From the NCBI RefSeq assembly GCF_036588685.1, contig NC_086385.1, positions 35,363,216 to 35,427,215 on the forward strand: a DNA stretch of 64,000 nt. The letters are read 5' to 3'. Source of the stretch: Mytilus trossulus. Its lineage: Eukaryota. The position numbers and the translations under genes are program-made. The notes under the pieces were generated by a model, which was given only the letters and a program-made list of their open reading frames with translations, was not told the origin of the DNA and ran no database searches. The stretch's first letter is position 1. The number at the start of each line of letters is the position of its first letter. Of the stretch, positions 22,938-35,300 are shown in pieces.

Positions 22938-23408
22938 TTACTGGAAAATATCCTTTTCAATTAGCTGATTCTTTAATCTTTTTTTCACACTCTGTACACT
23001 TCCTTTCTTACTGTTTGTTTTATTTTTCTTTCCTCCTTTCTTTGTCTTTTTCGTTTTCTTCTGCTCCCCTCTATGGCTTTTTCTATTACTGTTTTGTAAC
23101 TTCCCACGTTTGCGTTTTATCTTTTTCACAGCTCGACTAATTTCCGACTTAGCATTTTCCACCTGCTGCTGTGCATGTGTTACAAGTTTAATGGGTGATT
23201 GCGCATGTGGTTTACTTTGTGGTAATGTGATTGGTTCCATGAAGCTAGCTGCTGAATTAGTGAGGGAACCACCACTCTGGATAGTTCTTCTGTATGAATT
23301 ATTAAGATATGAATTGTGATGTTTGTCATTCGCTAGATTTTCATAGTACATTATCCATGTCCTAGGGTCTAGCACATATTGAGAATTGTTCAATTCCATG
23401 ATTATCAT
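22938..23408 (-). CDS. Basic Lys-rich protein, 156 aa; candidate genome-condensing core protein
   Basis: C-terminal half very rich in K/R; contains IQSGGS; located between penton and MCP. Confidence 0.75.
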   Translation of the reverse strand: MIIMELNNSQYVLDPRTWIMYYENLANDKHHNSYLNNSYRRTIQSGGSLTNSAASFMEPITLPQSKPHAQSPIKLVTHAQQQVENAKSEISRAVKKIKRKRGKLQNSNRKSHRGEQKKTKKTKKGGKKNKTNSKKGSVQSVKKRLKNQLIEKDIFQ

Positions 23409-23812
23409 GCAAAGTATGGATACGACCTGAAGTGCAGTGTAATCGACACTGGATTTTTTAAAAATGATGCATGACTCCCTTGCATGTCAGTAATAAAGAA
23501 TTCAATGTCTCTTATTTCACTTTTCACCACTGGAATGTATGCAAGTTGATCAAAGTGGTAGTATTCAGTTTGAGAGCAGCAACATATTCGCTTCAATAAG
23601 GGTTGTTTGTTACCATCGACTATTACATCACCGCATATGTTTGCATATATATATAGATCATTATTTGATGATAATTTAATATCAACTAATGCGACTTTCC
23701 ATTTTGATTTCATCACTATTGGCGTCTGAAGATATGTACGGAATTTGTGTGGTCTGTTATGTGGGTAAATGTCTAAATTTTTGTTACTGTTAATGACCAT
23801 GTAAAAGCTCAT
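23405..23812 (-). CDS. Minor capsid protein/penton (Polinton PX), unusually short at about 135 aa
   Basis: MSFYMVINSN...YPHN...F...L..PI.....WKVALVDI joined directly to LYIYANI...PLLKRI...YIPV...IEFFITD..G...ITLHFR. Confidence 0.85.
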   Translation of the reverse strand: MSFYMVINSNKNLDIYPHNRPHKFRTYLQTPIVMKSKWKVALVDIKLSSNNDLYIYANICGDVIVDGNKQPLLKRICCCSQTEYYHFDQLAYIPVVKSEIRDIEFFITDMQGSHASFLKNPVSITLHFRSYPYFA

Positions 23813-23813
23813 T

Positions 23814-24968
23814 TTATAAGTCAACAATATCTCTCTCAGGAATCCACTGACAAAAACGTTTATCCCAATCCAGGAATTTTACATAACCCTCACGTTGACC
23901 ATTCCGCCTTCGCCATTTAAGCACTTTCTCAACAAACCACAATGCGTCAGCCTCCTTTTTCACACGCTGCAACTCTGTATAATTGAAATTGCCTACAACT
24001 TCCTTGTCCAAAAAATCTTGTACTTTATAAAAGATTTTCCCATGTATTAGAAATCGTCTATATATTTTAAATATTTCGGAGGTCCACTGTTGCTGATAAG
24101 CTCTTTGAAACGGTTTCTTCAAATGGCTCAGTCTTACCATGTCATTGATTTTAAAATGAAACTGTTTCCCTCTTTTACGTTGTACTTTTAATGTTTCTTT
24201 CTTTTCTCTGATTCGTTTTTCTTTGGGTGGAGTTTTAATATACATATATGCCCACAAATCATATTTGTTTTTCTCATTCACATCTTTTGGAGCTGTATTA
24301 TTTAAACTTCTATGTGGCGTTGCATTATAACTTGCTACCAAATTTTGTAGAACATTGAGATAGCTATAAGTTCTATGCTTTGTAAAATATCGGAACATCA
24401 TCCTCCGAAATGTCAAATTGACCCTCTCTGCTATTGACGCTTTACTACTGTCGGAATTTAAATAGACATGATGGTAAATGTCATATTTTTTAAACACACG
24501 TTTCAAATCTTTGTTTTTGAATTCAGTTCCCGCATCTGTGGAAACCTTCAAAGGGATTTTACCATGTTTGAAGATTTTTTCAAATGCATCAGCTACTGTC
24601 TTCCCAAACTTGTTTTTTAATGGATAAATCCATAAAAACCGTGTGAAAATATCGATAACAACCAACAGGAAACGTGTCTTATTGTTATATTTCTGTATGT
24701 TGGATACATCCATAAGGTCAGCATCGTATTGCTCATACGGTTCCGATACAATTATTTTCACTCTTTTAATTCTACGTTTTACAGGTTTTTGTAAATTGTA
24801 GTCGTCTATTTTTTCCATCCATTTCCTGATCTTGTATACGCTTGGTACATTTCCATCTCTTGATGTCTTCAACGTTTGATAAATTTTTTCAGCACTTAGG
24901 TATGCTCCCCCATTTGCTGTATTGTAATATACATTCCTAAGTTTTTCATCTAAATCATCATTTTCCAT
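23814..24968 (-). CDS. Retroviral-like (rve) DDE integrase with C-terminal chromodomain-like region
   Basis: YDADLMD, STDAGTEF, SIAERVN catalytic triad; YNATPHRSL; tail VEKVLKWRRRNGQREGYVKFLDWDKRFCQWIP. Confidence 0.96.
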   Translation of the reverse strand: MENDDLDEKLRNVYYNTANGGAYLSAEKIYQTLKTSRDGNVPSVYKIRKWMEKIDDYNLQKPVKRRIKRVKIIVSEPYEQYDADLMDVSNIQKYNNKTRFLLVVIDIFTRFLWIYPLKNKFGKTVADAFEKIFKHGKIPLKVSTDAGTEFKNKDLKRVFKKYDIYHHVYLNSDSSKASIAERVNLTFRRMMFRYFTKHRTYSYLNVLQNLVASYNATPHRSLNNTAPKDVNEKNKYDLWAYMYIKTPPKEKRIREKKETLKVQRKRGKQFHFKINDMVRLSHLKKPFQRAYQQQWTSEIFKIYRRFLIHGKIFYKVQDFLDKEVVGNFNYTELQRVKKEADALWFVEKVLKWRRRNGQREGYVKFLDWDKRFCQWIPERDIVDL

Positions 24969-25313
24969 TGTTAAAAATAGGTTCCAAATCTATCATTTTT
25001 TCAACTTTATCTATTATGCGAGATGCTCTGTGCGGTGTTTTCAATATAGTATTTTTCCAATCTGTTGATTGTAAAAATGTAAGTTGATAGTAGACTCTCA
25101 CATTATCTGGAATATTTGATTGTCTGACTAAATTAACAAAATCGGTGTACACTTTATCTGTTTCTACTTGATAAAAAAAATCCCATGCATTCCTCCACTT
25201 ATGTGTTCCACTTGATTTTCCTTCTTCAGAATGTCAAAAACTGACTTTGCATATATTATATCGAATATGTTATCAAGTCTGGCTATATTTTCACATGATT
25301 CTATCTCATCCAT
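24958..25313 (-). pseudogene. First ORF of the core cassette (about 118 aa if repaired), apparently frameshifted near the T8 run at 25173-25180
   Basis: ATG at 25313 reads MDEIESCENIARLDNIFDIIYAKSVFDILKK...GIFFIK*; one more base joins it to YQVETDKVYTDFVNLVRQS..., which overlaps the integrase start. Confidence 0.55.
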
Positions 25314-25360
25314 GTTTTATTAATAATAATAATAATTTATAATGTATGATATTTTTGTTT

Positions 25361-25794
25361 GGGTTAGGGTTAGGGTTAGGGTTAGGGTTAGGGTTAGGGT
25401 TAATTATTATATTTACCAATTAAACTTTTATCAAATTAAAGCTCTCAAATTGTTTTAAATGTTCCTTTTACTACTTCCATATCCAGCATATCAACAATTT
25501 AAATGATTGGTAATGCGTTAAATTGTTTAATGAAATGAAATTTTTTTTTAAATGTTCAATTTACTTTTACTACTTCCATATCCAGCATATCAACAATGTT
25601 AAATTGATTGGTAATGCATTAAAATTGTTTAATGCAGTGAAAAAAAAAATAAAAACATTCTTTTATATTTTACAAATTAAAAATCAATATTTTGATATTA
25701 TCCAACAAATATATTATGCAATTTTTGCTGACGGGGGCAAAATTTTTGTCAACGTGGCAAAAATATTTGCTGCTGCCACACAATATATACTACT
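25361..25794 (-). repeat. Right TIR region of the Polinton, including (GGGTTA)7 at 25361-25402
   Basis: Reverse-complement match to the left end; internal ~65-bp direct duplication at about 25465 and 25565. Confidence 0.9.
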
Positions 25795-27655
25795 ACTATT
25801 CTTATAAAAATGAAATAATAGGTTAACTAACGTTTCGCTACTTATCTCTTTTCAAAATAAGACTGATACTGAAAACCTTCATATAAATAACATTGAAAGG
25901 GTCCCAAACAGCGAAAGATTATATAAACATTGATCATTCTCAATCAGACCTATCAAATGGGCAAAAGACTAAATTCGAAAGGCATGTTGATAAAATTGGA
26001 ACGTTGATTTTAAATGATCTGTCTGAAATTAGCATACCAGACGTACATGTACATTAGCATAAAGAGTACATTGAAAACCATCCTCCTATAAGTGTACCCA
26101 ACATATAGCTGCACCCTATCTTAGTTCAGCGAAAGAGAGACGAGTTGAAGAAATCTTTTATTACAAACCAAGTGACTTTTTAATTTTTTTTACATAGTTT
26201 GTCCTCTTGCAACTCAGACATGAAACAAAAGGTTAACAGTTGACAGTCGGTGTTGTGGTTTTTCTTTTGGCGTTGATTATATAACGGTTAGTTATTCTGA
26301 TTACTTTCCCTGTTCAATGTACGTTTGAGACATGTAGGATAACTTTTATTCTATGGGACGGATGAAAGCAACAAAAAGTGTTCCGACTTTATATATCAAT
26401 CTGAACAAATTTAACATTAAAGTATCTAAACTTTGATCCATGTCTTAAATATATTGAATAATAGAACCATAAGTTTCGAAATGTATAGTTTTATTATAAG
26501 ACGGACTTTCGTGCTGACTATTTAATCAGTTACATGCAACTGGCAGAGCTTTTGAGAGAGTTTTAATAAATACTTTGAAAAGATGCACTATAAGTAATAT
26601 GTTACGGAATTTATTCTAGAAACAAAATTCGGTCTTTTGTATTTGTTTTAACCATATTTCTCATTCTTGTGCGACTTATTGATTATTTCAATGTTAATTA
26701 TTTCCTTGATTATACAATGTTTTGCATCATTATAATGGTAGAGTTAATTTGTTTATAATACTGTTAGTACATGTAGGTTAATATGTTTGATAATATGCTT
26801 TATTGCGATAGACATTTTCATTAATATTTTTGAAATAAACTCGGAAAATGTTAAAACAGGAAGCCGATTTTGCAGCATTATTTAAAAAAATTCGGTCAAT
26901 GCTTTTATTTTGCGTTCCATTAACGGTGATCAAGCATTTGTTTCATATTTGTTTACCTTTTTTTTTTATTTGACAAGTGCAATATGTGTTTGATAATGAT
27001 GTCAGCATATTTTTCAAGGCAGTACCAGACACCTAGGCTAAATTTAAATTTGTAAAATTTTCATGAAATACCTCAAAATTTTTACTTTGTTCAATCTACA
27101 AAAATGTAATAATTAAAAAAAAAATGAATCACACTCCTTATACATGTTATTTTTTTGGTTTGTTGGGGGGATCATAGGATATCAAGCAGTTTGATTAAAA
27201 TAATTTTATCATTGAGAAGCTGAATATTTCATTAGTTTAATTTAAACTCATTTATTTACAGTGGATTTGGGAAATTATTGCAACTTATAGTAATACTTTT
27301 CCACTTTGCGGATGGGAGTGCTGCCTTGTAGCGGCATAAGCTTGCTCTTTTTCGAAATAAACTAGGGTGTCTTTTACGTGCACGAGATATGGCTCTCTCT
27401 TAACACGGGTCAGCCATTTATTCTCCCCTTTTCGGCGGACTATCATCGTTTCCTCAACAACATACATCCTTAACATTAGAACGTGTTAAAAGGGTTCAAT
27501 TGATTTTCAAAGAGTTATCTCCATGGAGTGTTATGTTTCACTTTGATTTCAATTTCAGAATTATGAGTAAATATTTTCCAAAAGTATCTGTCAATATTCC
27601 CTTAAAAAGCGATTTTTTTTACCAACAGTAAAATTAAACATCGAGTACGAGACTG

Positions 27656-28480
27656 GGGTCGTGTCATCAAAAGTGTCATAAGGTTTGTCTTAAGATATAT
27701 CGTAGGACAAATTATAGGGCAGTCTTAGGAATCTCTTATGCTATATCTCAGACAGTACATCGAAGGTATCATAAGAAATTCTTAACAAAGGTGTCCTATC
27801 CTAAAATAAGTGCAATTTTTCCAAGGCCGTATAATGATGCAATTGTTTTGGAAAGAGTTCTACATGGCATTCCAATGTAATAAACTGTAATACATTATTG
27901 TGGTTTTTTTTGTATGGTAGAGTGCCATATCAACTCTTGCACAGTAAACTATATGTTAAGTTGTAAACAATAAGATGAGACGAACTCAAAGTGCCAACTC
28001 TTTAGATTTTTAGTTCAAATGGGAATCTCGTGTTATCTTAGATATAAATGTGTATGCTGTATTGCTTTACCGTAACCCTATACAATGAGTAAAAAGAGAA
28101 GTCAGAATTTGACAGGCATCGTTCAAATTCTACAAACTGAATTATTTTGAATATTTTTATTCAATTATCATTTTTATTTAATTTTAACAATAATATACAA
28201 ACATATCAATCAATAATATTTATATGCTAAGACATCATTAAGATATCCCAAAAGTTAAAATGGTCTTCGACAAATGAAAGTTTTAACTACTTTGACTGGT
28301 TGTACAGCCCCCGCACGGTCGGTAAAAAGTGGTCTTAAGACTTATTAGTTGTCCTAAAGTTGGGACCAAAATAAGGTCATATCCGTTGATAAGATCTTTT
28401 CTATATTACGGTTAAGACGATCGTAGGACAAAGCTTAGTTCTAACAGAAACTTACTAAGACACCTTCGATGACACGGCCC
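27656..28480. mobile_element. Non-autonomous DNA transposon (PIF/Harbinger-like MITE)
   Basis: Imperfect TIRs GGGTCGTGTCATCAAAAGTGTC / GACACCTTCGATGACACGGCCC, with CTG on both flanks. Confidence 0.7.
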
Positions 28481-30544
28481 CTGATTTAAGATTCTAAACA
28501 TTTGTAATATAAATGAAATTACCAGTCATACAAAGTTTTAAACATTAGACTTTTACTATTTTCCCAATTTACCGCTCAAAAGAAGTCAATTCACTTGTAG
28601 TGAACGGATTTTCGCTAGGAACATTCATCGGGTTTCTATAACTACAATTGAGCGACCACATACAATAACACTTCAAAGATATAACAGCATAATTTTGCAA
28701 ATATGTGTTTAGCAAATTACCAATTTAGCTTAAAGATTTCTCAAGTAGATTACCTTAGCTGTGTTTGGAAACTCTTTTAGGAATTTTCGATCTCAATGCT
28801 CTTCAACTTCGTACTTTATTTGGCTTTTCTAACTGTTTTGAATTAGACTGTCACTGATGAGTCTTTTGTAGACGAAACGAGCGTCTGGCGTATATATAAA
28901 ATTTAGTCCTGGTATCTATGATGAGTTTATTTACGTCGTACTAGTACACACTCTAATGTAATGTTTTCTAATTGTGATTCAGATTATAATATAATGTTGA
29001 TTGCTCACAGTGATGTACCCAAATCTTGAACATCTTTACCCAATATGTCTTTTTGTTTTGCCCACACGTTGTTTTAAATATAATGGAATTCCATGCGACT
29101 TTCATACAAGCGTTAGGGTAAACTAGCTATTAAACCAGGGATAATCGACCATTTTATACAGAAGGTTATGCCTGTACCAAGTCAGGAATATGACAGTTGT
29201 TATCCATTCGTTTGATGTGTTTCCACTCCTCATTTCGCTAAAAAGGTCAGTTATAAAGGACATTCTATTTTTAATTTATCTTGGAGTTCGGTATTTTTGT
29301 TATCTTACTTTTTGCACATTTTCCATGTAAGGAATATGATTGTCGTTGTCCATTCGTTTGATGTGTTTTATCATTTTATTTTGCCATTCAAGGCCAGTGA
29401 TAATGGACTTTCTGTTTTGAATTTCTTGGAGTTCGGTATTTTTGTTATTGTACTTTTTGCGCAATTAAATACACTGAGAGAAAAAAAGGTCAGATTTTTC
29501 TCCCTAAATGCATGTTAGATTTGTAAAGGTAGCATGACCGATGCAGTTAGAGGAGTGGACACTCCACCCGAGTTCCGCTTATCTTTTTCAAAGTAGTGTC
29601 AAAAGTCTTTAGTTAAATGCAGTGTTTGTGGACTGTTGCTTGACTTTTTTCTATAGGGAGCAACTATTTAAGTTGAAGGGGGGAGTTATGGTTTTCTGTT
29701 TGAGTCAGGACAAAAGTGTCAGTGCAAAGTGCGATCATAATATCCTGTTAGTTTTCTGAAGCCATTAATCAAATTATTTTTTCCAAAAAAAATCTGGATC
29801 CAGAATAAAACAAAATTGTCATCTGCTTAACCACAATATTATTCTTGCATAAAATTTAGGTTTAGAAGATATTTGTATGGATAAAACATACCTCCTTATC
29901 TCTTGGTTATATTGTTGGTTGTGTTTTTGTGACATAAGATTTTTTTTTCATTTTTTCTATTTACCTTCTCCTTCTTTGTAAGGAAACAGTTTTGTGAAGA
30001 TTAAAGTTTAAAGTCTCTTTTATTCCCTTTTCACGAATGTGACCTACTGAATTAGACTACTTACCGGATTTGTAATACCAAAACAAACACGATGGAGCAG
30101 TATCTGATTACCCTTCCGGAGCACCTGAGATCACCCCCAGTTGTTTTGGGGTTCGTATTGCTTAGTCTTTAGTTTTCTATGTTGTATCTCCTGTACTATT
30201 ATTTGTCTGTTCGTCTTTTCATTATAAGCCATGGAGTTCTCAGTTCATTTTCAATCTATGAGTTTGACTCTCTCTCTGGTATCTTTCGGCCCTCTCTTTT
30301 ATACGATAATTTGGTCTCTGGTGAATAGTTGTCTCATTATCAATCATGCCACATCTTTTTATAGTCATAGTCTTTCAAAATAAAGTAAACTAAAAGTGGT
30401 ATCTACTATTTAATAAAGCAATTAACTATCAAATACATTAATGAATTATTTAAAACAGCAATTAACTATGTAATACACTAACCAACTATCAGCTATCTAA
30501 TATAGCACAGATACTATCTATTGGAAAAGACATAACTTTCTGTA

Positions 30545-31134
30545 CGGTGCAGTCCGGTGTATCCGCGCACCTAAGACTTATGACTTCACTTCATTCAACT
30601 GATAAAACCAATAATTGGATAATTTTGTGTGAACACATTCATAACATACTTTTATTTCATAAAATCTTCTGTTTGTATGGTTTCATCCTTTAGATTTTGT
30701 GTAATGTGTGTCCAAAATTAGGAAAACCCCTGTTCTGAGAGTTACTCCAAAGTCCGGTGATTTCGCGCATGTCTTCCAAAAATAGCTTATTTGAAATAAA
30801 GGAAAGATTTTATACTACGAAATATAGCTGAGATTGTACCAAACACACTTCCAAGGATGCAGAGCAAAAAATATTTCAATCTGATATTAATTTGACTTAA
30901 ATAAAACAAAAATAATCTGATGATGTAATTTTATTAATGGAAATTGGCCAAATATGGTAAATCACGGGATTGCAGTTATTACTTAATTCTTGAACTTATC
31001 AGTTTTATTGTTTTTTATCTCTTCGGAAGGCTAAAACAATAACAAGAACGATTTTGTATGTGTAACTGTGTTGATAGGACGAAATCGGCTAATGCGCGAT
31101 ATCACGGGCCGCGCGGACACCGGGGACTCCACTG
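30545..31134. mobile_element. Tc1/mariner-type MITE
   Basis: Imperfect TIRs CGGTGCAGTCCGGTGTATCCGCGC / GCGCGGACACCGGGGACTCCACTG, TA on both flanks. Confidence 0.65.
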
Positions 31135-32384
31135 TAAATGTAATTTTGAAAACTAATAAGTCAAATATTATCAGACATCATCTTTTCTTATTTTTTTCTT
31201 CAAATATGTTAAAATAGTAAAAATTGAAGATTTCGTTGAATCAAAATTATTGAATGTCCCAATTGCAAGCTAGTAGGCTACCACAAGTTTGTTGAATCGT
31301 TAAATTGTGTAGGTCATTCCGATGTATTTCCGTCTTGCAGACTTCTTTCAAAATCATTTGTATCTCTTGATGATTTTAGCTTTCAAGTTTACAGGACTAC
31401 CCGTGATGTTTTTTAATCAATTTCTACTATAATTCTATTTTCTTTTACCTTGATGAAAAATAAAAAGATTGATACTGATATCAGTAAAGAAAAAATAAGC
31501 AATTATATAACTAATAACGTGAAACTTCAAAGAGCCCGATCTATGTTTGGCTGTGTGTAGTGTCTACGCACCTTTAATAGACATTAGATTTCAACATAAG
31601 AGACAAAATTGGAAATAAGTAAACTTCAATTAAGGCCAATAACCTCTATAAAGAGTTCCAATGTAACAAAAATTTTCGTTCATTTTGCAGTCTTGTAGAT
31701 CTTGTGTTGCTAATCAATTTTGATGTTCAATTTCAAACAACCAGCTAATGTCATGATATCGGACATATTGGCCTTTTTGTAGATATTATTTTGCTTAAAA
31801 TTGTTATTGACTTGACAATTTTTCTCTATTTTCCTCATGATTTCAGTACAAAATAAAGACAACTAAAATGGTTCTCTAACTGTTGATATAAGCCATAAAT
31901 TGCAGTTAACCCCTTTGTTTTATTTTAGCATAGTGACATTGAGTGTTAATACACTAAGTACCAGGGGACAACTTTTCAACAATATCCAATATAAAAGTTT
32001 GATAACAGTTCGCCCGGCTGTTTTGGAGATAAAGATTGTAAATTAAAGTTTACAACGACGGACAAACTGACATCGCACGATGACGACTGACGCCAAGCAA
32101 TAAAATAAAAATTGTAATGATAATGGTTCTACACTGATGTATGGACGGAGTGTGAATGTTTTAGCTTTTGACATTTTCTATTTGTTGCATCAGTTCCTAA
32201 AATGGTAAAACTTGATTTGATCGAAAAGGCATGGTGCTTTTTATATAAATGTGCTCCGTTGAAGTAATACTAAATTTTGCAATGTATTCTATATCTCAAT
32301 AATAAATGTTCTATTGAAGTTACATTGTCTCATTGTAAGCAAAATGTCAATTTGAAAAGCTGCCTTGAATGTTAAATTTCTGAT

Positions 32385-35300
32385 TTATCTTAATCCTCTG
32401 CATTTATTACATTCCTTGATGATGATCCCAAGAATAAAACCACCAACGAACACTATTGATACTACTATAAATATCCCCAGTCCAAAGTGTCCAATTGTCT
32501 GGTCTTTTTCTTGTCCCTGAAGTCCTAAAAATAAATAGGATTCATTAGAATACATTTGAATTATTGATATGCAAAAACACCCATTCAAAATACAGATCAT
32601 GTGTTCATGCTTTGCTTACAAAGATCTTGTAACACTGCATTCTGTAATGGAGCTATCGTTTCATTTTTAGTGGGGGAGGGGGAGGGGGAGGGGGCTTAGA
32701 TGAAGAATTTCGTCCTGCATATGTTTTTAAACTCCGTCATGCCTTTTGATTTTGTATGTGGTCCTCTTTTTTTTGTAATAGTTTGTTTTTTACTTAAATT
32801 GTCATCCTGAACTTTTTTGCCAAGTTGCTCATCCACCTGTCCTGCTTTTTTTTTAATTTAATCCTAGCCCCGCCTCCCCCATAGAAATACCAAATGGTTA
32901 CTCCCTTTGTATTATCTGTTTATTATTACATCAGCCAATGACTTTTCAGTCATAGCTTTTTAATTTTCTTAAAAAAATGCTACAGTAAAATTGTGGACAA
33001 TATCGTAGGAATCCAGAAAGGTTTTTTTAATAAGAAAGTTAATAAGACCGTGAGAGAAACGTAGCGTGGTTATAGGATCAGATTGAGAATTATACAGTGT
33101 TATGCTTTTTTATACAAAATTGATAATGAAATATTTCTTCCGAGAAACATAATTCTTAATATCATTGATACATTTCAGTAACTTTGTAAATGTTTTATTT
33201 TTGGGAACAATATATTTGGTAGAGATATATAATACTTTTTGACATTGCCGTAAATCGCGAAGTTTGGCTAGCCACAAAAGCAGGTTCAATCCATCATTTT
33301 TTCTAAATGTCCTGTACCAAGTCAGGAATATGGCAGTTGATATTTAATAGTTTGTTTATATTTATGTTGCATTGTCGTTCGTTTTTTGCTGCACTACAGT
33401 GTTTCTGTTGTTTCGTTATTTCCCTCGTATAGTTGATGTGTTTACCTTGGTTTTAGTTTGTAATCCGGATTTGTTTTCTCTCAATCTATTTATGAATTTT
33501 AAACAGCGGTATATGTTGCCTTTGTTCGATGTTTGAATTCATAAGCAAAAAAGTTGCCTTATACCTTCTCCTTCCATTGGCCCGAAATACTTTCCTGGGT
33601 GCCCCTTCATCCGTAAAACTCAAATTAAAAAATTAAAGGACAGAATGTGTACATACTTTACAAGATTTAAGATTGAAAGATACATATAGAAAGTATTAAG
33701 TTTAAAAAAAGCACACTTTCGCTAGTGTAAGGTTTTTGATCTATGGTTTAAAAAAGTCTATCAGTTTGTCACAATCATGTATGAGACTTGAGTTGTGCTG
33801 ATTTTAAATCACATTCAATTCTTTACGTTGTAATTGTAAATAGTAAAATCACAAAAATACTGAACTCCCAGTAAAATTATAATAGGAAATTTCCTAATCA
33901 AATGGCAAAATCAAAAGCTCAAACACATCAAACGAATGAATATCAACTGACATATACTTGATTTGGTACAGGCATTTTCTTATGTGAAAAATGATGGATT
34001 AATTCTGTTATAGCTAGCTAAACCTCTCACTGGAAAATTATTGTTCGAAATGTCAATATAAACATTTTTTTTAGAACTGTTTTCACGCATTAAAAAATGT
34101 ACATAGATAACAACTTGACAATTGATTTCCCTCCGTGTTTGTATGACTGATTATTAACGGTGTAACCCTAATTAATTTGTGTATGCAATTTAAATCGTCT
34201 ATGCGTTTTTCATACTCATTAGGATTTTTTTTGGACAGTTTTTGTACATATTACAGCTGAGGAGTAATAGGGATCCGGGGGTTTGAACGCTTTTGTTTTG
34301 ACCGTTATTGCATTTAAATGGGGACATAATAGTTTAACACTCCTTCATCCGTGGTTGGGAATCTCTTTTCAAAAATGACTGGATCCGCCCCTGTTATAAA
34401 TAGATTATGTATATTTTACCTTGACCAGCGTGTTTTGCTGTATGCGGCAGACAATCATCGTTAGCTGGTCGTAGAGTATTTACTATTTTGCTTTCTCCTA
34501 TATCACACGTGACTGTCAGTACGTTCGGGCACTTTGATTTGATGGCTGTTTCGGGAAGGTATATTCTGTAAGCTTGACCTGGTGAATCGGGGGTTGATTT
34601 TAGTTCTTTGGAATGATCTGCTGGCTGAAAAGTTTTAGAAATGATATTACATACATGCATATTGTATATTAACTGAATTAGTTTACACAATTATACTCAC
34701 AGTGAATTTGCTGCTCATCGATTCTCTTCAATTTCGTCTTTGTTTGGCCTTTTTACTTTTTTGCAAATGAGGTTCTTGTGTATACTTTGTACATGAACTT
34801 ATTACAGTAGCGAAAATTAAAATTGTGTACGACAGGCTCGCATTTCGTCTACACAAATCTCATCGCTCGCATGCAAAACTCCAGAAAGGCAAATTTAATA
34901 TGCATGGAAGACCGAAAGTTCAAAAAGGTGTTTGCCAAATAAAGGTAAGGTAATCTTTTCCTGGGGTAGTAAAGCCTTTAAAATTTTTCGTCAAATTCAA
35001 ATTTTTGTAAAGAGTTTATTTTATAACTATGTCCATATCAGTGGTAGAAATTATATCCTACGACCTAGTATCTATGCATTGTTGCAACTTCCGAAGCAAG
35101 GTTGTCGGCTCTCCGGACATTCCCGAAGTCCTGCCTGTTGTCGGCTCTCAGGACAGTCCCGAAGTCCTGATTGTTGAGTTTGTGAGCTTCAGTCCTTGCT
35201 TGGAAGTTGGCATTGTTGGTGTCTTCAAGTTCTTTTTAATAAAATAATGTGATACAAGTACATTTGTAATATGATAGACAAGAAAACATACAAAAATAAC

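Larger units (their letters stand above)
7190..25794 (-). mobile_element. Complete Polinton/Maverick (adintovirus-like endogenous dsDNA virus), 18,605 bp as assembled (contains one N gap)
   Basis: Begins AGTAGTATATATTGTGTGGCAGCAGC at 7190 and ends with the exact reverse complement at 25794. ACTATT is duplicated at 7184-7189 and 25795-25800. Encodes integrase, pPolB, ATPase, cysteine protease, major and minor capsid proteins. Confidence 0.98.

Noticed and set aside
25361-25402. True chromosome end or telomere-healing site
   Set aside because: Only seven units, internal to the element and mirrored on the left arm.
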